From: Gammaproteobacteria bacterium
Lineage (GTDB): Bacteria; Pseudomonadota; Gammaproteobacteria; Eutrophobiales; Eutrophobiaceae
Assembly (NCBI GenBank): GCA_965243105.1
Contig: CBDEUC010000003.1
Coordinates: 972,793-1,036,792 of the forward strand
Length of the DNA: 64,000 nucleotides
Direction: 5' to 3'
The notes under the pieces were generated by a model. The model was not told where the DNA came from, made no database searches, and saw only the letters and a list, made by a program, of their open reading frames with translations. Position 1 is the first letter of the stretch. Each line of letters begins with the position of its first letter. The translations under genes were made by a program, and so were the position numbers. Below, in pieces: positions 41,201 to 50,083 of the stretch.

Positions 41201-44200
41201 GTCTGCAGGGCCTGCTGCGTAATGGACTCTGCCGCGCTTTCCCGGTTTAACTGGTAGTGGCTTCCGGCCACGCCGCTGTAAAAGCTGACTCCTTCCGGCG
41301 GTGTCGTGTCAAACAGGTGCAGTTCGCGGTAGGCATCTTCTACCGGTTTAACCACTTCACAATGCACCGTGGTGACACCCTCAAGGGGATGAAAGCCGCA
41401 GCCCATGTCGCTGACAAGTTCCGCCACTGCCGCGCGGTTTCCGCCGATAACACATTCACCCGGCGTGTTAACGATAAGCAGGTAAACGCGTTCCCTGCCC
41501 TGCAGTGCCTCGCGCACATCATCCACGGAGCGATCAACAACGCCAAGCTGCCAGTCAACCTCTTCACTTTCGTCGAGACCCCACACCTGCCTGGCCGCTT
41601 CGCAGTTGCCGCCGAGGTCATGGGTAAACAAGCGCGTTTCCTGCATGCGCTTTAGCATGAGGTCGCGGTCAGCCCAGCTTCGCGTAGCGAACAGGCCAAC
41701 GGTCTCACCAAGACAGTAACCGATCACCGCATCAGGCTTCACACCGAAACCGGCGATAACGTCAGAGACCATGGCTCCCAGCCACACCTGTCCAAAAATA
41801 TAATCCTCGTGGGAGAAGCCTTTCGTATTCTCCCTTGTCCAGAAACGGGAATGGGCAAACTGGCTACCCAGCTTCTCGTTTTCCTCGTCCAGCCGGGCCA
41901 GCACCTGCGGCCAGCGACGACTCATTTCCGTGCCCATACCCATGAAGTGACTACCGGAACCGGGAAAAACAAACGCGACCTTTCCGTCCCTGGCCAGTGG
42001 CTCGGTTGAGTAAAACATGTTGTCCATGTTAATCGCTTCTTCGGCTTCAATTTTTCCCTGCGCCTGTTTCAGCAGCAGCACAAGTTCATTTATAGAAGCA
42101 CTCACGATACTGAGAGCAAACTCACCATCGCTATTGTCTTTTTCGTTTTTCCACCACTGTTTCGCCAGGCCGTGAATATCACCCTCGTACTCAGCAGCCA
42201 TGGCACGAAGCGCCTGGGTCCTGTCTACCAGGCTGTACCTGTCCCTGCCACGCAGGCAGAAAAGTGCTTCAGTGGAATTCGGCGGCTCAGCGCCCTGCGA
42301 TGATTGCTTTTGCGTTGCACCTTCAAGTACTACATGTCGATACTGTCCATCCCTTCCCGAAGCAGACACTAGCGCATGACGTTCACCCTCACTCCTGTCC
42401 CTTAACCAGTATTGTCCCGCACCCGGGCTGAATAATTCTTCACTGCCGGCTTCAACTGCCGGTGATGAGGAACCTGAGTGGGGGATGAGCTGGTGATGCA
42501 GGGCAAGACAGGCTTCAGCCAGTGAAACCATTCCCGCGGCGGCACCGCTTTCACCCACGTGGGCGCCAGTATTCACAACCGCCGTCGCCACGCCCTGTGT
42601 TGAAGACCTTACAGTCTCCTCAATAATCCCTGCCTCTGCTGCAGACAGTGGATCCTGTGTCAGCACCAGCCCCACCGAAGCATTGCCGGCTTTCCCGTCT
42701 TCAAGGCAACGCTCAAGGGAATTCTTAAAAGCAGAGTGCGCCTTATCTTTCGCAGGTTCAGAGGATGCGGCACCGGTACCTTTTATGTACGCATAAACCC
42801 GGTCACCGTCTCTTTCAGCATCGCCTGCGCGTTTCAATACAACAGCGGCGGCACCTTCGCCGACAACCCCCTGCTCCGGTAACATTCGAATATCACTGGC
42901 TATGTCCACTGCACCGACGATTGCGAGGTCGATGTCGCCTCTTTTCAGGGAACGCACTGCAGTCTCGACGCTGGACAGGCCGGAAGTGTCTTCACTGGAC
43001 ACGGTGAAACTCGGACCACCCGCTTCAAAGGCGCGGGCAATACGGCTGGCGACAATACCGCCGAGTCCACCCATGGTGCGATTGGCATTCATTTCCGGCC
43101 ACACCGCGTCACGTAATTCATCTACCCAGTTTTCAAGCTCGCCTTCACCGAGATCGAGATCCAGCTGCCTTGCCCACTCCCTCGCCGCCGGCAACATTTG
43201 CCAGCGCAGGTGAAAGTTGGTGGTACTCAAATCCTGCGCAATACCGATGTACACCCCGGCCCGTTTGAAGATATCCGCCTGGTTGCTGTCTATGGCCGCA
43301 TCGTCAATGGCGCGGGCTGCCACCATCAGCATCAGCAGCTGCTGTGGCAGCATGTCCTTTAACTCGTTGGGTGGAATGCGAAAACGCCCAAGCGGAAAAT
43401 CCAGCTGCTCAAGGCAATAGCCCTCGAGATCCCTGTGCTCACCCCAGGTATTGCTCACCCGGCCCGGTGCCAGACCGGCGTCGTGGAAAATTCGCTGCCT
43501 GAATGCGGCGAGATCTTTCCAGGGACCAAGGCTGGTATCGAGGCCCACCACAGCGATGCTTTCTTCCTGCTCCGTGGAAAAGGCAGCCCGGATCTCTAAT
43601 GTTTTTTCGCCACGCCATTCCTGTAGCAACACGTGGGCATTGATGCCGCCAAAGCCAAAGGCGCTGATGGCGGCGCGTCTTGGTTTATCCTTCAACGTTT
43701 CCCAGGGTCTTGCTTTAGAGAGCACCGTGAAAGGACTATCGTCCAGGTCAACTCCCGCTTCGGAAAAGTTTGCCGTGGGCGGCAACTGTTTTTCCTGCAT
43801 GGCCAGCAGCACCTTGATCAGGCCTGCAGCACCGGCGGCTGTGAGCAGGTGCCCGATGTTGCTTTTTACTGAACCGATCACGCAGTCTTTCTCATTGCGC
43901 CTGTCGCCCCACAGGGTACAAAGACTGTTGAATTCAACTGCATCACCCACCGGTGTGCCGGTACCGTGACACTCAATAAGATCCACGTCGGATGGATCCC
44001 ACTCGGCCTTTTCGTAGGCCGCATGCATGGCCCGCAGCTGCCCTTCCGAGTCCGGTGACATGAGGTTGCCCTCGATGTCATTGGAAAGCCCGGCGCTTTC
44101 CACCGTGGCATAAATATGATCGCCATGGGCAATGGCGTCTTCCAGCCGCTTTATCAGCAGCATGCCGCAGCCTTCACCCACCACCAGGCCATCGCCTTTC

Positions 44201-44937
44201 CTGTCAAAGGGTGAACAGTGTCCGCTGGCGGACACCGCGTGCAGCGCGGAAAAACCCATTTGCGTATACAGTGCATCGGGCCGTGACAGGCCGCCGCAGA
44301 GCATGGCATCGGCTCGCCCGGAGACGAGTTCATCCACCGCGTACTTCAGCGCATAGAGCGAGGAGGCGCAGGCCGCATCAAGGGTGTAGGCGACACCACC
44401 AATACCCAGGCCGCGGGCAAGAATGGACACCGGCAGGCCGGCCACGTAGCGGTTGTCTGGATGTGTTCGTTCCCGGGATTTGCTGCTGCCCAGCAGATGT
44501 TTTTCTATGATGGGCAGGATGGTTTCATCGGCAATGGCAGAGGCCGCATCGGTGGGCAGCGCGATGTTGCCGATGATGCTGCCAACACGGCTAAGGTCCA
44601 GCGTTCCTGTCTGACCATCGCGCCAGGCCTGGTTGGCCGCATGTAGCAGCAGCTGCACCATGGGATCAAGTGCAGCCACGTAGTCCATGTCGAGATTGAG
44701 ACCGTCGAGCTTCGGTGTAAAACCATCAACGAAGCAGGCACGCCGGGAATAGGTTTTATCTTTTTGAAATTCCCCTGCCTGGTAAACATCATCAAGGTCC
44801 AGCAGCCAGCGCCCGGCGGGGGGCTCGCGCGAGCAATCCTTCGCCGCCAGGATGTTCTCCCAGTAGCTTTGAAGGTCGTTGGCACCGGGAAAGACGCCAC
44901 CGATTCCAACTATTGCAATGCCTTGATTCTTATCCAC
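38266..44937 (-). CDS. PUFA-synthase-like multidomain protein with KS - chain-length-factor - acyltransferase-like - two FabA-like dehydratase domains (PfaC / myxobacterial Pfa3-like). It has no ACP, KR or ER domain.
   Basis: KS motifs DAACASSLYAL, ECHGTGTPVGD and KSNIGH. The CLF has SSEDTSG in place of the active Cys. The AT-like domain has FPGSGSHFMGMG and GYCLGE. There are two FabA hot-dog domains (AWYLDAGRIP; AWYFEADRQH). Confidence 0.85.
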   Translation of the reverse strand: MDKNQGIAIVGIGGVFPGANDLQSYWENILAAKDCSREPPAGRWLLDLDDVYQAGEFQKDKTYSRRACFVDGFTPKLDGLNLDMDYVAALDPMVQLLLHAANQAWRDGQTGTLDLSRVGSIIGNIALPTDAASAIADETILPIIEKHLLGSSKSRERTHPDNRYVAGLPVSILARGLGIGGVAYTLDAACASSLYALKYAVDELVSGRADAMLCGGLSRPDALYTQMGFSALHAVSASGHCSPFDRKGDGLVVGEGCGMLLIKRLEDAIAHGDHIYATVESAGLSNDIEGNLMSPDSEGQLRAMHAAYEKAEWDPSDVDLIECHGTGTPVGDAVEFNSLCTLWGDRRNEKDCVIGSVKSNIGHLLTAAGAAGLIKVLLAMQEKQLPPTANFSEAGVDLDDSPFTVLSKARPWETLKDKPRRAAISAFGFGGINAHVLLQEWRGEKTLEIRAAFSTEQEESIAVVGLDTSLGPWKDLAAFRQRIFHDAGLAPGRVSNTWGEHRDLEGYCLEQLDFPLGRFRIPPNELKDMLPQQLLMLMVAARAIDDAAIDSNQADIFKRAGVYIGIAQDLSTTNFHLRWQMLPAAREWARQLDLDLGEGELENWVDELRDAVWPEMNANRTMGGLGGIVASRIARAFEAGGPSFTVSSEDTSGLSSVETAVRSLKRGDIDLAIVGAVDIASDIRMLPEQGVVGEGAAAVVLKRAGDAERDGDRVYAYIKGTGAASSEPAKDKAHSAFKNSLERCLEDGKAGNASVGLVLTQDPLSAAEAGIIEETVRSSTQGVATAVVNTGAHVGESGAAAGMVSLAEACLALHHQLIPHSGSSSPAVEAGSEELFSPGAGQYWLRDRSEGERHALVSASGRDGQYRHVVLEGATQKQSSQGAEPPNSTEALFCLRGRDRYSLVDRTQALRAMAAEYEGDIHGLAKQWWKNEKDNSDGEFALSIVSASINELVLLLKQAQGKIEAEEAINMDNMFYSTEPLARDGKVAFVFPGSGSHFMGMGTEMSRRWPQVLARLDEENEKLGSQFAHSRFWTRENTKGFSHEDYIFGQVWLGAMVSDVIAGFGVKPDAVIGYCLGETVGLFATRSWADRDLMLKRMQETRLFTHDLGGNCEAARQVWGLDESEEVDWQLGVVDRSVDDVREALQGRERVYLLIVNTPGECVIGGNRAAVAELVSDMGCGFHPLEGVTTVHCEVVKPVEDAYRELHLFDTTPPEGVSFYSGVAGSHYQLNRESAAESITQQALQTFDYTRLVNAAWNDGVRLFIEMGPGASCSRMIGRILGDKPHRARSACVAGQSDVGNVLRILAMLNSEGVQLDLSALYEYEDKAVASGNSLAIEVGKQALNIPLPRKKQAQPASVESAQVSTAEVIAHPGLDRQLDTMSLMIDQLAATEAARAEAEEAFLRVANGINQAMSQAISTQMQLLQDAPADFNINSVTAPAQATPRDVAFDRDMCMEYAIGSIAKMLGPRFAEVDSYPTRVRLPDEPLMLVDRIIEVEGEAASMTHGRVVTEHDVLEGAWYLDAGRIPTCIAVEAGQADLFLSGYLGIDLETKGLAVYRLLDAEVCFHGSLPHAGQVIHYDIHIDHFFRQGDTWLFRFHFDGTVNGEKLITMRNGCAGFFSQAELDAGRGIVLTSLEQKPVAGKTSENWSMPLAMQEESYSDAQLDALRKGDLATCFGGVFEQLSLNDAMGLPGGRMTLVHRILSLEPQGGRYGLGMITGEADIHEDDWFITCHFMDDQVMPGTLMYECCLHTLRVYLLRMGWVGEVSEFVYEPVQEVTSKLKCRGQVLASTSKVEYQISIKEIGYRDGDGVPYVIADALMSADGRAIVQMSNMSLQLTGLDRARIEARWAKRAGAVEETARPVLFDYASINAFAVGKPSEAFGDRYRVFDDERIIARLPGPPFQFLDRIVSIEDCEQWQLKAGGTIVGEYDVPVDAWYFEADRQHSMPFSVLLEIALQPCGWLAAYLGSALTSDIDMSFRNLGGKAKQLQAVNPDCGTLSIKVKITNVALSGGMIIQNYDFAVSNGDGLVYVGDTYFGFFSKAALADQVGIRDVTPYEPGDEEQARASRFTYPSAAPYPDDQMRMVGQVECFDASGGPHGLGFIRGTAEVNPDAWFFKAHFYQDPVWPGSLGLESFLQLLKVVAIERWSEDENSQFQCMALEQEHSWLYRGQIIPADEKVTVQASITAIDDGAKTLHAEGFLSVDGRIIYQMNDFALKMTES

Positions 44938-45094
44938 TTTTGATATTTTTGCGACGGGGTCGGCAAGTCTAGCGGGATCGGGCAGCGGAGACCATGGTTT
45001 TTTTGGATTTTAAAGTACAATACACCCTGCCCGGCGTAAGCCCGGGCCACAAAATAAGTTATCAATACCCCGTTTAATAACTGAGAACACCGAG

Positions 45095-45730
45095 ATGATT
45101 AATTTATATGGTTACCCGCAGACACGCTCCCGTCGCATCACCTGGATGCTGGAAGAAACGGGCGCGGAGTACGAATTCAAGCTGGTTGATTTCAACAAGG
45201 GCGAATCCCAGTCAGACTGGTTCCTGGCTATCAACCCCGCCGGCAAGGTGCCGGCCATGACAGATGGTGATCTCCTTCTGACAGAATCCGCGGCCATCAT
45301 TAACTACATCGGTGACAAGTTCCCGGGATCGGGACTCATCCCCGCCGCCGGTACCCCGGAGCGTGGGCTCTACGACCAGTGGTGTTACTTTGCCATGACC
45401 GAGCTGGAACAGCCCCTGTGGACCCAGGGCAAGCATCGCTTCGCACTACCCAAGGAACACCGCGTACCGGAAATCATGGAGACCGCCTCATGGGAATTCC
45501 AGAAAGCGCTGGGCCTGCTGGAGCAGGGTCTTGGAAGTAATGACTACATACTCGGCGACAAGTTTAGCGCGGCGGACATACTGCTGACCCATACCCTTAT
45601 CTGGGGCATTAACTTTAAGAACGAGGTTAAACAGGAAAACCTGCTGGCCTATGTTGAGCGAAATCGCGGCCGTGACGCACTGGCGCGTGCCATCGAGAGG
45701 GAAGAAGCTTCCCTTCCCCAGGAATCATGA
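45095..45730 (+). CDS. Glutathione S-transferase
   Basis: GST N-terminal thioredoxin-like fold plus an alpha-helical C-terminal domain. Confidence 0.8.
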   Translation: MINLYGYPQTRSRRITWMLEETGAEYEFKLVDFNKGESQSDWFLAINPAGKVPAMTDGDLLLTESAAIINYIGDKFPGSGLIPAAGTPERGLYDQWCYFAMTELEQPLWTQGKHRFALPKEHRVPEIMETASWEFQKALGLLEQGLGSNDYILGDKFSAADILLTHTLIWGINFKNEVKQENLLAYVERNRGRDALARAIEREEASLPQES

Positions 45731-45750
45731 GCAACGGGAGTTAAGCGGTT

Positions 45751-46500
45751 ATGGCCAAGCATAAAGACAGGGTGGCTGTAGTCACCGGCGGCGCAAGGGG
45801 TCTCGGGCAGGCCATCTGTCAACGCCTTGCAAATGAAGGCGCACGCATTGCCATCGCTGATATTCTCGATGCCTCGGAAACGGTCGCGCTCACCGGTCTT
45901 GATGAATCCCGTATCCTGCAGGCAAAGTGCGATACCACCTCTGCCGATGACATTGCCGCTTTTCAAAAACAAGTGGAAGAAACTTTTGGTGGCTGTGACA
46001 TCCTTGTTCACTCCGCCGGTATCTGGCCGCCCTGCTCCTTTGATGAAATGGATTTTGAACAGTGGCGACGTGTGCTCAACGTTAACCTTGATTCCGCCTT
46101 TCTTCTTTGCAAGGCCTTTATCCCGGGCATGAAAGAAAAAGGCTGGGGACGAGTTATCAGCATGTCTTCAAACACCTTTCACGTGGCGCCACCGGGACTG
46201 TCTCACTACGTGGCAAGCAAGGGTGGACTGATCGGCCTGCACCGAGTACTTGCCGCGGAGTACGCAGAATTTGGTATCACCGCCAACACCATTGCACCGA
46301 TGCTGACACGAACACCCGGTGCAGAGGAGTACTTTGGTGCCGACAACGCCATGTTTGAGGTGGTACTTGAGTGGCAGGATATAAAGCGGCCCGCTGAAGC
46401 CGGTGATATTGTCGGTGCAGTTTCCTTTCTTGCTTCCGATGACAGCGCGTTTATCACCGGCCAGACCATCCCCGTAGATGGCGGCACTGTCAAAGTCTAG
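45751..46500 (+). CDS. SDR-family oxidoreductase
   Basis: VTGGARGLG and Y..K catalytic motifs. Confidence 0.85.
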   Translation: MAKHKDRVAVVTGGARGLGQAICQRLANEGARIAIADILDASETVALTGLDESRILQAKCDTTSADDIAAFQKQVEETFGGCDILVHSAGIWPPCSFDEMDFEQWRRVLNVNLDSAFLLCKAFIPGMKEKGWGRVISMSSNTFHVAPPGLSHYVASKGGLIGLHRVLAAEYAEFGITANTIAPMLTRTPGAEEYFGADNAMFEVVLEWQDIKRPAEAGDIVGAVSFLASDDSAFITGQTIPVDGGTVKV

Positions 46501-46532
46501 TAGTACATCGTTCGAAAACCTTAACAACCAGC

Positions 46533-47111
46533 ATGGGTAACGAAACCAGTCTCGACCTGTATTTTTTCCTGATGATATTGCTGTCCATCATCATTGGACT
46601 GGGTGTCACTGAAATTCTCTCCGGGTTTGCCAGTGTATTACGCAGTGAAAAGCTCAGGGAATTTTGCCTTCCCCATGCTGCTACCGTGCTGACACTTTTT
46701 ATCGCCCTGCTGCAGTACTTCTGGGAGACCTGGTCTTTACGCATGATCGAAGAGTGGACCTTTCCCGCGTTAACGCTGATGCTGATTGCGCCGATCCTGC
46801 TTTACCTCATCGCGCACCTGCTTTTCCCGGACCAGCCGGCTGGAATAAACCTGACGGATTATTACTACGAGAAGGCTTCGCTGATCTGGACGCTTGCCTG
46901 TCTCACGATCCTGGCCGGGGTGTTGTTCAGGCCACTGGCTTTTGATATGCCTCTGTTGGTGCGGGACAACCTTTCCTCTGCAATAAACCTCGCCGCTGCT
47001 ATCGCCCTCGCACTGAGCAGCAATCGTTGGCTACATCGCATCCTCGTGCCGGTGGGAGCCCTGCTTGTTATTCTTGATACACTCGTTATTTCATATTTTA
47101 TAAGCCAGTAA
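46533..47111 (+). CDS. Polytopic membrane protein, hypothetical
   Basis: 192 aa with 5-6 hydrophobic helices. Confidence 0.45.
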   Translation: MGNETSLDLYFFLMILLSIIIGLGVTEILSGFASVLRSEKLREFCLPHAATVLTLFIALLQYFWETWSLRMIEEWTFPALTLMLIAPILLYLIAHLLFPDQPAGINLTDYYYEKASLIWTLACLTILAGVLFRPLAFDMPLLVRDNLSSAINLAAAIALALSSNRWLHRILVPVGALLVILDTLVISYFISQ

Positions 47112-47113
47112 GA

Positions 47114-47926
47114 ATGGGACAGACAGGAATCATTGACCGGTACATGAACGTACCGGCACTGGTAAAGCTTGATGCCGGGCAGGCCTGCGTGTTCAGCTGT
47201 GCTTCCCCGGTCAAGTTTACCGGTAACGAGGACTGTGGTGCGGTATACCCGGGGCTCAATGGTGATTGCCTGCTGGTGGTGGCAGATGGCATCGGCGGCT
47301 ACGCCAATGGTGCAAGGGCCTCCATGCATGTCACCACGGCACTGGAAAAAAGTATCAGTCTTAATGCACCGATAGGGGAGCGACTGGAACACATTTCACA
47401 GTCGCTGCAAAAGGCGAACGAGGAAATCATCCAGCGTAATACCGGCGAGGGCACCACGGTTGCCCTGGTTCACGTGGATAACGAACAGATTCACACCTGC
47501 CACGCCGGTGACTCGGACATCCTTTTGATCAGCCGCGAGGGCGAAGTTAAGTACAAGACCCTGGCCCATTCCCCGGTGGCCGAAGCGCAGGAAATGGGAT
47601 TGATCGATGAACACGCGGCAATACATCACCAGGGACGGAATTTTATCTCCAACTACCTGGGCGATCATGAAATGTTCCTGGCCATGAGCGAGGGCATTGA
47701 CTACGAAAAATCCGACACCCTGCTACTGGCCAGTGATGGCCTTTTTGATAATCTCTACCAGGACGAGATAATTAAAATTGCCATGAAAGAAAATCTCGCC
47801 AACGCCGCGGCACAGCTGGCGGACCTGGCAAGAGAGCGAATGAAGGGCCTGGACCCTGCCCTGCCATCAAAACCCGATGACCTTACCTTTGTACTTTTTC
47901 GTGCCGAGCAGGGACTGGATAGCTAA
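47114..47926 (+). CDS. PP2C-family Ser/Thr protein phosphatase
   Basis: GNEDCG and VADGIGG motifs. Confidence 0.75.
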   Translation: MGQTGIIDRYMNVPALVKLDAGQACVFSCASPVKFTGNEDCGAVYPGLNGDCLLVVADGIGGYANGARASMHVTTALEKSISLNAPIGERLEHISQSLQKANEEIIQRNTGEGTTVALVHVDNEQIHTCHAGDSDILLISREGEVKYKTLAHSPVAEAQEMGLIDEHAAIHHQGRNFISNYLGDHEMFLAMSEGIDYEKSDTLLLASDGLFDNLYQDEIIKIAMKENLANAAAQLADLARERMKGLDPALPSKPDDLTFVLFRAEQGLDS

Positions 47927-49287
47927 AGACTGAGTCCAAGTAGCACGAATACAATAGACGCCAGCCCGGCGGCCACCAGCGCATAGGGTAACTGCGACAG
48001 CGCGTGCTCCATCACGTTCAAACCACTGCTCTGCGAAGACAGTACCGTGGCATCACCATAGAAACAGGCATGGCTGCCAAACGAGCTCGCGGATATCAAC
48101 GCGCCGATGACCAGGGGCAAGGGTGAACCCACCGCGTTGGCCAGCGGCATGATGATAGGAATGGCAATGGCAAACACACCCCAGGAGGAGCCCGTGGCAA
48201 AGGATATCAGGGCCATGGTCCAGAATGTCACCACCGGCAGCAAGGCCGTCGACATGTAGGGTTGCACGCTTCCGATAACATACTGCGGCAGGCCCAGCTC
48301 ATCATTAACAGTCTTGAACATGAACGCGGCAACAACGATGGCCAGTGGTGGAATCATGATCTTGAAACCTTCCATGACACAGTCCAGCGCTTCTCTCGCT
48401 TTTAACAACCTGTACATGACAAGGGCCGGTATGGTCACAGCCAGCGTCGCCATGATGCCCTTGAGTAAATCAATATCAAAGTAGACGGAAAATAAGATCA
48501 GGCATAACAGCGGGCCAAGAAAAACCCAGGGGTTTGTGCGCGCCCTGGCTTCATCGCTGATGTCCTGCCCGACGTTTTCAATCGCGTCCACCGGTTCCAT
48601 GGCAAGCACGCCGTCGCTGGCCATGTTCTCTGCCTTTTTCATCAGGCCCAGCAGGGGAAAACGCCCGGTGGCAACCAGTGGCACAAGAAAAAGCGCAATC
48701 AAGGGGTAGGCCATGAAAGGGATACCGGAGATGTAAAGCGACATGCCTTCACCTTTTCCCGCAGCGCCAACAGATTCCAGTACACCGGCAAAGAACACCG
48801 CCCAGGTAGAGATAGGCACCAGCACGCAGGTGGGCGCTGCGGTTGAATCCACCACGTAGGACAACATCGCCCTTGATACCCTGAAGCGATCGGTCACCTT
48901 CTTCATGGCAGAACCGATGGCAATGGCATTGAGGTAGTCGTCGATAAAGATCAGCATGCCAAGAAACCAGGTCACCAGCAGTGACCTGTTGCGGGTGTTT
49001 GCCTTTTTTGCCATGGATTCGGCAAAGGCATTGGCGCCCCCGGTCCTGATAAGCAGGTAAACCAGGCTGCCCATCAGGCCGCAGACCATGATCACCCAGC
49101 CCACGGTTTCATCACGCATCACCGCCAGGTTGATATCGGCAATGCCGCCGATAATATTTGAAGGGTCAAGCATCACCACGCCGACAATCACCCCGGTCAG
49201 CAGCGCTGCCACGGGTCGATGGGTCAGCACTGCCGTTGTTATCACAACGACGGTGGGTAGCAGGCTGGCTATTCCGTAGTTTTCCAT
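47923..49287 (-). CDS. NhaC-family (Na+/H+ antiporter-like) membrane transporter
   Basis: 454-aa polytopic protein. The family call is by resemblance and is tentative. Confidence 0.5.
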   Translation of the reverse strand: MENYGIASLLPTVVVITTAVLTHRPVAALLTGVIVGVVMLDPSNIIGGIADINLAVMRDETVGWVIMVCGLMGSLVYLLIRTGGANAFAESMAKKANTRNRSLLVTWFLGMLIFIDDYLNAIAIGSAMKKVTDRFRVSRAMLSYVVDSTAAPTCVLVPISTWAVFFAGVLESVGAAGKGEGMSLYISGIPFMAYPLIALFLVPLVATGRFPLLGLMKKAENMASDGVLAMEPVDAIENVGQDISDEARARTNPWVFLGPLLCLILFSVYFDIDLLKGIMATLAVTIPALVMYRLLKAREALDCVMEGFKIMIPPLAIVVAAFMFKTVNDELGLPQYVIGSVQPYMSTALLPVVTFWTMALISFATGSSWGVFAIAIPIIMPLANAVGSPLPLVIGALISASSFGSHACFYGDATVLSSQSSGLNVMEHALSQLPYALVAAGLASIVFVLLGLSL

Positions 49288-49369
49288 TGCACCTGTGCTC
49301 GTGGATATTTCACTATTATTTCACATTATTCTTGATAAGCTGCTTTTAGCAAACCAGGAGTCCCATTCC

Positions 49370-50083
49370 TTGCATCTTTCAATTTTACTCGTCGAAGATA
49401 ACCCGGTTATTGCCCAGCAGCTAACTGAATTTCTTGAAGGGCACAGTTGGAGCGTTGATTACGCTGACAACGGTGGCCTGGGTGTGAAGCTGGGAACAGA
49501 AAATATCTACGACGTGATTATCCTTGACCTCAATTTACCGGACATCGACGGTCTCGAGGTATGCGAGCGAATAAAGGAGAAGGCACAGACCAATCCACCG
49601 GTATTGATGCTGACGGCGCGGGACGCCTTTGAAGACAAGGCAAGGGGCTATGGTAAGGGCGCAGACGACTACGTCACCAAGCCTTTTGAGTTTCGTGAGC
49701 TGGCACTGCGTTGCCAGGCACTGGCACGCCGCAGGCAGCTGCACCAGGACAAGACCATCAGTATTGGCCCCCTCACGATCGACGAGTCAAACCACAGCGC
49801 AACGCGCGAAGAGCAGGAACTTAAACTCACCAATATTGGTTTTACCATTTTGCTTACACTGGCAAGGGCGCATCCAAAACCGGTCAGTCGAAGCGCGCTC
49901 ATGCATACGCTCTGGGGTGATGAGCCGCCCGATACTGACGCACTGCGCAGCCATATTTACAGCCTGCGCGCGGCACTGGATAAACCCTTTGAAAAGGCCA
50001 TGTTGAAAACCATTACCAACGTTGGCTTCAGGCTCGAATATGACAACGACCATCACACGTCATCCCATAACACGTCATCTTAG
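49370..50083 (+). CDS. OmpR-family two-component response regulator
   Basis: Receiver ILLVEDNP...ILDLNLPDIDG...MLTARD plus a winged-helix C-terminus. It probably starts at the TTG at 49370 with GGAG 9 nt upstream. The in-frame ATG at 49295 would overlap the divergent gene. Confidence 0.7.
   Translation: MHLSILLVEDNPVIAQQLTEFLEGHSWSVDYADNGGLGVKLGTENIYDVIILDLNLPDIDGLEVCERIKEKAQTNPPVLMLTARDAFEDKARGYGKGADDYVTKPFEFRELALRCQALARRRQLHQDKTISIGPLTIDESNHSATREEQELKLTNIGFTILLTLARAHPKPVSRSALMHTLWGDEPPDTDALRSHIYSLRAALDKPFEKAMLKTITNVGFRLEYDNDHHTSSHNTSS

Noticed and set aside
38266-44937. Dozens of 60-214-aa ORFs on both strands inside the 6.7-kb PKS-like gene
   Set aside because: They are frame shadows of a GC-rich long ORF. 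The long ORF has continuous, motif-rich KS/CLF/AT/DH domain structure.
38266-44937. An ACP domain (GxDSL) or KR/ER domains in the PfaC-like protein
   Set aside because: I searched by eye for DSL/DSI-type phosphopantetheine sites and Rossmann GxGxxG KR motifs and found none. The protein appears to be KS-CLF-AT-DH-DH only.
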